DNA from: Candidatus Spongiisociaceae bacterium
GTDB lineage: Bacteria > Actinomycetota > Acidimicrobiia > Spongiisociales > Spongiisociaceae
Reading direction: 5' to 3'
Assembly: GCA_965262915.1 (NCBI GenBank)
Contig: OZ253564.1
Span: 1,568,001 to 1,632,000, forward strand
Length of the DNA: 64,000 nucleotides
Both the position numbers and the translations under genes were made by a program. The notes below the pieces were generated by a model. It was not told the DNA's origin. It was given only the letters and a program-made list of their open reading frames with translations, and did not search any database. Below, in pieces: positions 31,133-39,765 of the stretch; position 1 is the first letter of the stretch; the number at the start of each line of letters is the position of its first letter.

Positions 31133-31867
31133 ATGGCTGACCGCAGCGCTATCGAGTGGACGGATGCTACCTGGAACCCCGTGACAGGATGTTCCCAGAC
31201 GTCGCCGGGTTGTGACAATTGCTACGCGTTGACACTCGCTGTACGTCTGAAGGCCATGGGTAATCCACGGTACCAAGTAGACGGAGACCCGAAACGAAGC
31301 GGACCCGGCTTCGGACTCCAACTCCACCACGACCTACTGGACGTTCCCCACAGGTGGAAACGCCAGCGAACCATTTTCGTGAACTCGATGAGCGATCTCT
31401 TCCATCCAGACGTTCCCTTCGATTTCATTACTGAGGTGTTCACCGTCATGAACGAGACCCGACGGCATCGCTTCCAGATTCTGACCAAACGTTCCCACCG
31501 GATGGCACGAACTGCTGTAGACCTCGATTGGTCAGACAACATCTGGATGGGGGTCAGCGTCGAGAATCGACGTTACACGTTTCGTATTGACCACCTGAGA
31601 GAAGTTCAAAGCCATATCCGATTCCTATCTCTCGAACCTCTAATCGGGCCGCTTCCCGCTCTTGACCTGACCGGGATACATTGGGTAATCGTAGGTGGTG
31701 AGAGCGGGTATAAGGCACGGCCTATTGATCCTGCTTGGGTTCGCGACATCCGTGACCAGTGTGCGGACGCTTCAGTACCGTTCTTCTTCAAACAGTGGGG
31801 GGGCCGTACATCTAAGGCTGGCGGTCGACTGCTTGACGACCGTACGTTTGACGAGATGCCTGTTTAG
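31133..31867 (+). CDS. DUF5131 / phage Gp37-Gp68 family three-Cys (radical SAM-like) protein
   Basis: IEWTDATWNPVTGCSQTSPGCDNCYA, FVNSMSDLFH, WVIVGGESG, FFFKQWGG. Confidence 0.93.
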   Translation: MADRSAIEWTDATWNPVTGCSQTSPGCDNCYALTLAVRLKAMGNPRYQVDGDPKRSGPGFGLQLHHDLLDVPHRWKRQRTIFVNSMSDLFHPDVPFDFITEVFTVMNETRRHRFQILTKRSHRMARTAVDLDWSDNIWMGVSVENRRYTFRIDHLREVQSHIRFLSLEPLIGPLPALDLTGIHWVIVGGESGYKARPIDPAWVRDIRDQCADASVPFFFKQWGGRTSKAGGRLLDDRTFDEMPV

Positions 31868-31882
31868 GAAACTAGTCCCCAG

Positions 31883-32725
31883 ATGAGTGATCGGCTGTTC
31901 GACCCTGGCCCTGAGACGCGAACCGAAGTGCGGATCAAGTCACTGACAGAACCCGTCTGGAGCGAGAACAAGGCTTTGCTGATCGCGCGGTACCTGCGGT
32001 TGTTTGTGCTCATCACTCGCCATGGGACATATCTTGATCCTTTCGCTGGTCCACAGACAGATCGCTCTGAGCTAGCTTGGACCGCTCGGATGGTCCTGGA
32101 TAGTGAGCCGAAGTGGTTCCGCCACTTCTATCTGTTTGGCATTGATCGGCAGAAAGAGAAACGACTGCAGTGTTTGGCTGCGGAACACAGCGATCGTGAT
32201 GTGCAGGTTTACCTAGGGGACTCCAATCTTGTACTTCCGGAGGTTCTTCCGGTTGGTTCTATCCGTGAACGCGAGGCGACGTTTTGTCTGCTGGACCAGA
32301 GAACGTTCGAATGCGAATGGCAACTGTGTGAGCATGTGTCCCGTTTGCGGCCAGGATCGATGAAGGTGGAGCAGTTCTATTTTCTAGCAAACTATTGGAT
32401 GTCTCGTTCCCTGTCTGGTATCAAGACGGATGACGGCGACCGTGGAGTCAGGGCATGGCTTGGGCGGGATGACTGGAGAGAGTTTCAAGCGATGCATCCG
32501 TTGTCAAGGCGAGACTTGTTCGTTGATAAGTTCAGGGAACTTGGTTACCACTCTGTCAAGTCGTGGCCGATCTACGGGAATATTAGAGGGCATATCGCAG
32601 TGATGTATTACATGATCCACTCTACAGATCATCCGGAAGCCCCTAAACTGATGCGCCGTGCCTATTCTCAGGCGGTTGCCCCACCAGTACTGATCGACCG
32701 TCAACTTGATCTAATACTGGACTGA
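31883..32725 (+). CDS. three-Cys-motif partner protein (TcmP-like, SAM-binding)
   Basis: WSENK...YL, YLDPFAGP, GDSN, FCLLD, YYMIHSTDH; adjacent to DUF5131; lower GC than backbone. Confidence 0.85.
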   Translation: MSDRLFDPGPETRTEVRIKSLTEPVWSENKALLIARYLRLFVLITRHGTYLDPFAGPQTDRSELAWTARMVLDSEPKWFRHFYLFGIDRQKEKRLQCLAAEHSDRDVQVYLGDSNLVLPEVLPVGSIREREATFCLLDQRTFECEWQLCEHVSRLRPGSMKVEQFYFLANYWMSRSLSGIKTDDGDRGVRAWLGRDDWREFQAMHPLSRRDLFVDKFRELGYHSVKSWPIYGNIRGHIAVMYYMIHSTDHPEAPKLMRRAYSQAVAPPVLIDRQLDLILD

Positions 32726-32729
32726 AACC

Positions 32730-32806
32730 ATGATTACACAGTTACTAGTGTATTGGACTAGAGGTAAACTGGATATACTCCGGCGTTATCTTGATGCCTT
32801 CACAGA
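32730..32806 (+). pseudogene. second TcmP-like N-terminal fragment
   Basis: YWTRGKLDILRRYLDAFT, after which similarity is lost. Confidence 0.55.
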
Positions 32807-33714
32807 GTTGGGATCATCGTCCAAGCATTCCGGCCGACAAAGTGTAGACCTTGCGGTGCGATCACAGCTACCGAACGGGGACATACAGACGGCGGTGTTC
32901 CATTTGGCGGAGTTTATGAGCACGCCAGCTTCAGCTGTTCCGGACCGAAGCGATCTGAATGATCTCCCAGAACATGGGTTCGGTTGGCGCACGAGAGTAG
33001 TACTAACCGCCGGTAGGTACAACGTTCCGGTATGTCGTCCAGAGCGGGCATCGGTGTCTTCGTATCAGATGACGTTGCCACCGGCGCTACAACTCGAGCG
33101 ATGCCGTGGCTGCGTTCACAGATCGTTACCAATATGCACATGCCGCCCGTCCAGAACCCCGACCCAATATAGCCGAAGCAGTCAACACAATCCTTACATG
33201 CCTATGCCAAATCCGGGATGACTACCACCCGCAGGCAGATCCAAGGGCGGCCTGGAGTCGCACTGCTGGCTGACCTGATCGACATGCGGTAACCCAGACC
33301 CTACTCCCCAACACCTTCGAGGAAACATGCTCAGGACGACTGAGCGTCTCGGGCGTTGCCGATGCGGTCTCATCTACTGAGAGTAAACTTGAAGTCCCCC
33401 CTGTTTCCGACTTGAAGTCCTACCTGGACCCCCTGCGAAGTGCTTGGTCAGGGGTGGTGGCGAAGACCCCACGGCGCCACGACGCCGTCGCGAGGTCTTC
33501 GCGTGTTGGGGGTGTTGGGTGCGCGGGTTAGGCGGTTCCGGGGTCGGCCCAAGCCACGCCGCGGGGGTGCCGACGTGCGCGGTCGCGGGCGGCTTGTTGC
33601 GTGGCTGGCCACGACGCCGCCGCGCTGTGCCGAGCGTGGATGATGGTGGTGTAGGCGGTAGTTCTGACCCGTCCACATCGCCGGGACCCACCCGTTGAAC
33701 CAAACTATCAGAGC

Positions 33715-35429
33715 CTATGAGTCGCCAAACAGTTCTGCATACTTGGGCAGACCGGCCTCCGAGTGGAATGCAACGCCCTCAAATCTGTCAACGAACACGA
33801 CTAGCTTGTTCCTGGAAATAGCTAGTCCACCGTAGACTGTCACATTAGGGGCTCATCGCGTTTCAGTGGGGAGTGACGGTCGCGAGTAGGTCCCAGTTGG
33901 GTTTCCCGGCGTAGAGAAGGGCCCGTATTCGGTAGTTCGCGAAGTTGGGTAACCCGAACGCTGCTCGTTTGATCCGTTTGATTAGGTTGTTGAGGGCTTC
34001 GGTGGCGTCTGTTGGTTACCTTCGAGATGTGCCAGTTGGTGATCTGGGGGGTCCAGCGGGCGATGGTGCGACCCAGCTTGTTGATCTCGGGTGGGCAGGA
34101 TTCGTCCTGGAGGTCGTCTGCGAGCTGGAGGGTGTATCGGAGAGCAAGGACCGGACTCTCGATCCCGTAGATGCCCCGTACCGTTTCGGTTGCGTGCCAG
34201 GCTGTGCGTACCTCGCCGTGGGGGTCACCGGCATCGAGGAGGCCACGCAGCCGTGTTTGACCGCGGTCGCTGATCCTCTCATGCGCGGCGGTGAGGAGGC
34301 GGCGTATCCGATACAGCGGGTCATCCTTGCGGCCTCTGTGTCCCAGGGTCTCGTTTTGGACTCTTCGTCGTAGGTCGTCGAGACGCTGGTTGGCTAGGCG
34401 GATGACACCGAACGGGTCCGCTACCCCGGGGGCGTGGGGCAGCACCCTGTCATACGCCTTCCGATACGAACCGGACATGACCCGACACCGCCCAGCGGAT
34501 AGCCTCACACCATTCGGTGGGCTGCGCCCGGAACCAGGCTGCGGCGCTTTCTGCCGTTCTACCACCGACTATGTCGAACCGGCTGGTGGCCTCCCACGTC
34601 GACGACAGAGGTGCACCAGACCTTGGTACGCCACCGGCCTTTCCGCCAGAACAACGCTTCTTGTCGATGCCCACAGCTTGGACCTCGCCTATCCGGTCGG
34701 TGTCGGCCCCCAGGAGGGCTTCGCCCCAGCGGCCGACCTCGTTGTTCACCGTATGCCACCCACAACCAAGCTCTGCGGCGACCTCGTCGACCGGGCGACC
34801 CCGCCCACCCACCCCGATGGTCACCCACCTCGCCGCTCGGGATGTCAACAACGCCCGTTGGGGACCAATCGTGGGGTCTTGCTCGATGAACGATCTGAGC
34901 GCACAGTCGGTGTTCGGACATGTCCAACGGCGTTTCCGCCACCGCAGCCGAACCGGACGGCCGAACGCCGGTAAATCCACCAACACCACCGTCCGCTCAC
35001 CCTTGGACCACACCGGGCCACCACAGGCCTCACAGGACGGCCGGGGCTTGCGAGACCCGATCACCACCCCAAGCGGTGCACCCTCGCCCGAGTCGTTGAT
35101 CCCTACCAGGTCAACGTCGCCTAGGCCTACCAACTTCTCGCACATGCGCGCAGGGATCAGCTTCCACAGGGGTCCTCCTGCCTCGGATGTCGCTTATCAA
35201 CAGCCGATTATGGAGGACCCCTCCTCACTTCTGGTGGATTCCGATCCCCCCTGGCAGATCCCCTACTCCCCACCCATTCGCGAAGAGCCACATTAGGTCG
35301 CTCTAGTTCTCCCAAGCCGATCTCGTGCAAATCTGGCATGCTCATTGTCCAGAGGGGGTTGCCCAGCACTAAGGCGACATCTACTGGAGTGACACCGTGC
35401 CGACAGGCTGGCTCATCTATGTGAACCAT
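33715..35429 (-). pseudogene. RelE/BrnT-like toxin gene interrupted by ISL3
   Basis: Removing the IS and one TSD restores an 88-aa frame MVHIDEPACRHGV...ERPNVTVYGG...VAFHSE...FGDS*. Confidence 0.75.
33850..35289 (-). mobile_element. ISL3 family insertion sequence, transposase frameshifted
   Basis: Ends GGCTCATCGCG / CGCGAAGAGCC; 8-bp TSD ACATTAGG (33842-33849, 35290-35297); zinc finger CEAC..CPNTDC, DPFGVI, RRRVQNETLGHRGRK. Confidence 0.93.
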
Positions 35430-35455
35430 AACGCGTTAAACCGTGGACGATGTAT

Positions 35456-35743
35456 TTATGCGGCTACGGTGGCTAGGAACTGCTTGACTGCGGCTCTACG
35501 GTCTGACGGTATGAGCATCAGGAGCCACTGGCGGTCTTCCACGGGGCGATGGGATATCACCCCAGCCGCCTGATCCGGGTGCAGTTCGTTCAGTAAACGG
35601 CGCCAGTCCTCATCGGCATAAGTGTCGAAGTAGGCGTTTGCTATTTGTCTGCCCTGCTCCAAGGCGCCTGGGGGTGCTGGAACGAGAGTGTCTGGTGTAG
35701 CAGCCTGCGAGATGCGCTTGATGATGTCGTCGTTATACTGCAT
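35456..35743 (-). CDS. hypothetical partner of the interrupted toxin, MgtE N-domain-like helices
   Basis: LLNELHPDQAAGVI...RQWLLMLIP..RR; immediately upstream of and co-oriented with the toxin. Confidence 0.55.
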   Translation of the reverse strand: MQYNDDIIKRISQAATPDTLVPAPPGALEQGRQIANAYFDTYADEDWRRLLNELHPDQAAGVISHRPVEDRQWLLMLIPSDRRAAVKQFLATVAA

Positions 35744-36058
35744 TATTCATAGATTGTAGCATGGCTTGATAGGGCCAAGGGGAGGTGACGCTAGGTCTGG
35801 TGCTGCACAATTCGGAAGAGACGTCCTGCTGCTGGCCCTGATACTTGAAGGTCGTGCCACCCCTGGCCGGGAGCGTGCAGGGAACCACTGACCCAGAGCT
35901 ATCCGTTCACTTCTCGGTTGTCGAGACGACGAGGCGACGTCGTTCCTAGTTCTGAGGTGACGCCGTCCAGAGTTGCCTTCCGGAGTGTCTGTTCAGGAGT
36001 GGTCGCGAACACCCCACAGCACCGCCGCCGCCACCGCCGCGCCGCCGTGCCGTGCCGA

Positions 36059-36105
36059 GGGGTCTTCGGGTGGGTGTGGTTTAGGGGGGGGTGCTCTGCC
36101 CCGGG
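36059..36105. mobile_element. left-end remnant of a fifth cassette
   Basis: GGGGTCTTCG end plus a minus-strand GRAPP-encoding tail; no matching right end found. Confidence 0.5.
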
Positions 36106-36336
36106 AGATCCGCATCCTCGAAGAACTTGGCATGATCAACCCCCAACCCGCCCCTAACCAGCGGGAAGTCCGACGCTTCTACCAAGCAGACCACACCCAC
36201 CCAATCCGGGCAGTCATCGACGCCACCATCACCGCCTGCACCCAAATCGTAGAGAGCAGCACCTGAACACAGACAGCCGAACCCGGCCAACCACCCGAGG
36301 CCGAGCAACGCCAACGGCCAGCCAACCCGATCCTGC

Positions 36337-36482
36337 TGAGGTTGACCCGGTTTGGTGGACACTCTAAGACTTGGGGATTGCCCCAGGAAGGAGTGTTCAG
36401 AGTATGCCGAGAACGAGAGCGCCGTACCCGGTTGAGTTCCGGGAGGAGATGGTTCGCCTGGTCAGGGCGGGTCGTAGCCCTT
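36337..36482 (+). mobile_element. IS3 family left end with truncated orfA
   Basis: TGAGGTTGACCCGGTTTGGTGGACACT end; MPRTRAPYPVEFREEMVRLVRAGRSP from 36404. Confidence 0.8.
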
Positions 36483-37195
36483 CCCGAAGGACCGGGATAG
36501 GTGCCACACGCTTACGTTGCCGATGTGGCGACCAGGCACTTCGGGCCGGCGGACCGAGAAGTCGTACACTCGGGCCTCGTGCCAGGACTGCATGCTCCGT
36601 TCGACGAAGCTGGCGGCCCGGGCTCTGGTATAGGGGGCGGTCGCCCAAGGTAGGAACCGGGCCAGTTCGGTCTTGGAAGCGTTGACGGCCCGGTAAAGGG
36701 CGTCGATGTCCCGTCTCCTGAAGGGGCGTAGTACGGACCGTTCCGTGTGGCGGTCGATGGGCGGCAGGGTTCCCGCGATGATCTGCTCATGTCCGGTCGT
36801 TCCTGGATGGGCAAAGCTGTATCGAGGAGGTTCGGCTCCGGAGACTAGCTAGGCGCAATCCTGCTGAACCGAATGGAACGGGTGGGGGACTCTCTCGATG
36901 ACTACACCACCCGTACCCTGGTCCTGCACGGCACCGAGGACAGCTCCGTCCCCCTTCTGCCAGTGGGCCACTGGGCGCACTTCCGTCCGTAGATCGGAAG
37001 GTCTATCGAAGTATCAAGCATGGATCGATTGACGAACCCCTAGGAGTGGCGCTGCTCAATGACATCATCACCCGGGTACGTGAACAGGTCAGAAGTGGGC
37101 TCCAGAAGACAAAATCACCAGAGCCTTGGGGCCATTGGGTACGATAAGAAAACTAGTAGGATAGATTGGATAACAGGAGATAAGGAGGACTTCGT

Positions 37196-38104
37196 TTGTA
37201 CACGGTCACCGGAGCCACGGGCTATACCGGCCGGTACATAGCCGCTCTGCTCCTCGAGCAGGGACACGCCGTCCAGTCCATCACCGGACACCCTGACCGC
37301 CCCAACCCTCTCGGTGACCGGGTGCCGCTGTTGCCGTTCAACTTCGAGCGGCCCGACCTGTTGGAGCGGACATTGCGTGGCACCGACACGCTGTTCAACA
37401 CCTACTGGATACGGTTCGCTCGTGGCGACCGCACGTTCGGGCGATGTGTCGAGGAAACCCGGACCCTATTCCGGGCTGCCAAGGCTGCAGGTGTGCGCCG
37501 CGTGGTGCATGTCAGCATCACGAACCCGGACCATCAGTCGTCGCTGCCCTACTTCGCCGGGAAGGCCGAGGTCGAGGATGCGCTGCGTGCCTCTGGGCTC
37601 TCGTACGCGATAGTGCGACCGACGGTGCTGTACTCCACTGAGGACGTGCTGCTGAACAACATCGCCTGGTGTCTCCGCAGGTTTCCGTTCTTTCTCCTTC
37701 CCGGGTCGGGGACCTACGGCATCCAGCCCGTATTCGTGGAGGACCTGGCCGCATTGGCGGTCGCGGCGGCTCGCGACGACCGGAACACCGAGATCGACGC
37801 GGTGGGCCCCGACGTGTTCGAGTTTGGAGGGATGGTGCGGTTGATCCGGGACAAGCTCCCTACCCGGTGCCTGGTGCTGCCGGCGCCCAAGCTGGTGACC
37901 TACGCGGCTGCCCGGGTCCTGGGTGTGTTCCTCCGGGATACCGTCCTTACCCGGCACGAGATTGCAGGGCTGTGCTCTGGGCTGATGGTCTCTCGCGCGG
38001 ACACGCCGCCTCCGGCGCCGACCCGGCTCGCTGACTGGCTGGATCGACACGGGGCAGAGCTCGGAGTGACCTACGCTTCCGAGTTCCAGCGGCATTACCG
38101 CTAG
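37196..38104 (+). CDS. NAD(P)-binding epimerase / NDUFA9-like atypical SDR
   Basis: VTGATGYTG, VHVSI, YFAGK, IVRP, IQPVFVEDLA. Confidence 0.88.
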   Translation: MYTVTGATGYTGRYIAALLLEQGHAVQSITGHPDRPNPLGDRVPLLPFNFERPDLLERTLRGTDTLFNTYWIRFARGDRTFGRCVEETRTLFRAAKAAGVRRVVHVSITNPDHQSSLPYFAGKAEVEDALRASGLSYAIVRPTVLYSTEDVLLNNIAWCLRRFPFFLLPGSGTYGIQPVFVEDLAALAVAAARDDRNTEIDAVGPDVFEFGGMVRLIRDKLPTRCLVLPAPKLVTYAAARVLGVFLRDTVLTRHEIAGLCSGLMVSRADTPPPAPTRLADWLDRHGAELGVTYASEFQRHYR

Positions 38105-38408
38105 AGGCCTGGTCTGCAGTGGGCGTCAATGTCGCCGAAGAACAGGATCGGGATGGCAAGGCTGACGCGAGACGGCAGGTGGCCGGCGCGCATGCTTACC
38201 GTCGGCCATGCCTGTGCCACTAGCTGGCCGAGGCGAGGGATCTGCGCGTTGCTGCCCATCTATGCAAAACCCTTGCACCGTTTGATTCGAGAACTCGCGC
38301 CATCTCGAATGGTACTGAAGGCAATCGTCCGGAAAGGATGCCAGCTATGGCCTTATGAGTTCTCGCCACGTGGTTACAGCGCGAGTTTCTGGTATCTTGC
38401 GGGTCTGA

Positions 38409-38480
38409 TCGGGAGTGGTGTAATCGGCAGCACGACAGGTTCTGGCCCTGTTAGTAGGGGTTCGAGTCCTCTCTCCCGAG
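38409..38480 (+). tRNA. tRNA-Gln(CTG)
   Basis: Acceptor TCGGGAG/CTCCCGA, anticodon arm ACAGG-TTCTGGC-CCTGT, GTTCGAGTC. Confidence 0.95.
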
Positions 38481-38506
38481 CGTTTGGTATCATTGCCGCA
38501 CGCAGT

Positions 38507-38579
38507 GGCCCCGTCGTCTAGGGGCCTAGGACGCCGCCCTCTCAAGGCGGTAACGCCAGTTCAAATCTGGTCGGGGCTG
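38507..38579 (+). tRNA. tRNA-Glu(CTC)
   Basis: Anticodon arm CCGCC-CTCTCAA-GGCGG, GTTCAAATC, acceptor GGCCCCG/CGGGGCT. Confidence 0.95.
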
Positions 38580-38586
38580 CGGAAGA

Positions 38587-38641
38587 CGGCCCGGTCGTCG
38601 CTCATCCGCCGAGGATGAACGGACCGGGCCGCTCGTATTTT
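38587..38641 (+). terminator. probable terminator after the tRNA pair
   Basis: CGGCCCGGTC...GACCGGGCCG hairpin followed by a T-rich stretch. Confidence 0.5.
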
Positions 38642-38712
38642 GAAGGCACGCGGACAGGTGGGCCGGATCCTCGCGAGACGCATCCTCGCGAAAACTGTTC
38701 CTGGCGAGGCGG

Positions 38713-38741
38713 TTGACGTTGTCACACCGGTACCCGATAGT
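38713..38741 (+). promoter_or_regulatory. sigmaA-type promoter candidate
   Basis: TTGACG-N17-GATAGT with no convincing downstream plus-strand CDS. Confidence 0.5.
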
Positions 38742-38747
38742 TGGTGA

Positions 38748-38970
38748 TACCAGACACCCGAGCGGCTTCGAACCAGGCGTCAGTCGACCATCCGGGGATT
38801 ATCGATTCAGGAACCCGGGCACCCGTGCCGGGCGGGGAGGCGCACGTTCCGATCCCAGGCAAGGTGGTGGTGGGGGTGGGCCCTGAGGAGGGGTCGGCGC
38901 CGGCGATTTTCGCGACCCGTCACCCGGTGGTCCACGGGTCCTGAGACCCTGCCTGCCCGGGCAACCCCAT
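38748..38970 (+). ncRNA. Ms1-like RNA candidate
   Basis: Ordered blocks CAGACACCC, GGAACCCGGGCACCC, CCCAGGCAAGG, GCGACCCG resemble actinobacterial Ms1 RNAs as recalled; own promoter; not searched. Confidence 0.5.
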
Positions 38971-39018
38971 CACGTTGTCCGCCGCTGACGCAGAAGCCGC
39001 GCTCCGGATGGCAGACGG

Positions 39019-39726
39019 TCAGGCCTTCCCGTAGACGGGGACCGCGGCACCCGACATGACCCCGGACTCTCCGGTCAGGATGTATTCGGCCACTGCGGCG
39101 ATCTCGTCGGGGGTGGGCCACTTGACGTAGTCCGAGTAGGGGAGGGTCGCCCTGGTCGCGGGGGTGTCGATCACGGACGGGAGGATAACGTTGACGGTGA
39201 TGTCGGCCTCCTCCAGTTCCAGAGCCGCCGTCTTGGCCAAGGATACCACGCCGGCCTTGGCGATGTTGAAGGCCGCCTGCCCGGGCGGGGTGTCCACCGC
39301 CGCCCGGCCTCCCACCAGCAGGATGCGTCCGCCGCCGCCCGCCTCCAGGTACGGGATGGCGGCTCTGACCGTGCAGAAGGCCGAGCGCAGGTTGAGGTCG
39401 ATCATCCGGTCGAACCGTATGTCGTCCGTGTCGGCTACATCGCGCCCCCCGGCCCAGCCCCCCACCAGTGCCCCCACCACGTCGACCCGCCCGAACCGTG
39501 AGGCGATCGATGCCATGAAACCATCGATCTTCTCCCGCTCGACCGCGTTGACCCTCCTCAGGACCAGCCGGTCCTCGTCGTAGGGGAAGCGTTCCTCGTA
39601 TTCGACCGCCTCGTCGGGGATCAGGTAGGTGGCGCCGATGCGGTAACCCTTGGCGAGCAGCCGTGTGGTCAGCGCGGTGCCCAACCATCCGGTGGCGCCC
39701 GTGAGTACGGCTACAGGATCGCTCAT
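39019..39726 (-). CDS. SDR family oxidoreductase
   Basis: TGATGWLG, FNIAK, NVILPSVIDTP, SGAAVPVYG. Confidence 0.88.
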   Translation of the reverse strand: MSDPVAVLTGATGWLGTALTTRLLAKGYRIGATYLIPDEAVEYEERFPYDEDRLVLRRVNAVEREKIDGFMASIASRFGRVDVVGALVGGWAGGRDVADTDDIRFDRMIDLNLRSAFCTVRAAIPYLEAGGGGRILLVGGRAAVDTPPGQAAFNIAKAGVVSLAKTAALELEEADITVNVILPSVIDTPATRATLPYSDYVKWPTPDEIAAVAEYILTGESGVMSGAAVPVYGKA

Positions 39727-39765
39727 GGCCGCTAAGGATAGAGTGGCCGATTCCGGTTGCGTTCC

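Larger units (their letters stand above)
30261..33470. mobile_element. TIR-bounded cargo cassette 3
   Basis: GGGGTCTTCGC...GCGAAGACCCC; ACGGC on both sides (30256-30260 and 33471-33475). Confidence 0.85.
33492..36015. mobile_element. TIR-bounded cargo cassette 4 (contains an ISL3)
   Basis: GAGGTCTTCGCG...CGCGAACACCCC followed by ACAGC; left end similar to cassette 3. Confidence 0.75.

Noticed and set aside
32810-33380. ORFs in the distal part of cassette 3
   Set aside because: All frames lack recognisable motifs.
28053-36015. Assignment of the cassettes to Tn7-like or Tn3 families
   Set aside because: Ends are not TG..CA and no TnsC/TniQ is present. GGGG ends with a 5-bp TSD recall Tn3, but the IR match is only 11-16 bp, there is no resolvase, and the transposase remnant is YREK-type. 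Tn3 is not fully excluded.
36480-37190. Fragments such as TLVLHGTEDSSVP (alpha/beta hydrolase-like)
   Set aside because: Too short and broken to delimit reliably.
27975-38579. The two tRNA-Glu genes as attL/attR of an integrase island
   Set aside because: Both are complete, differ in anticodon and T-arm, and no integrase is present.
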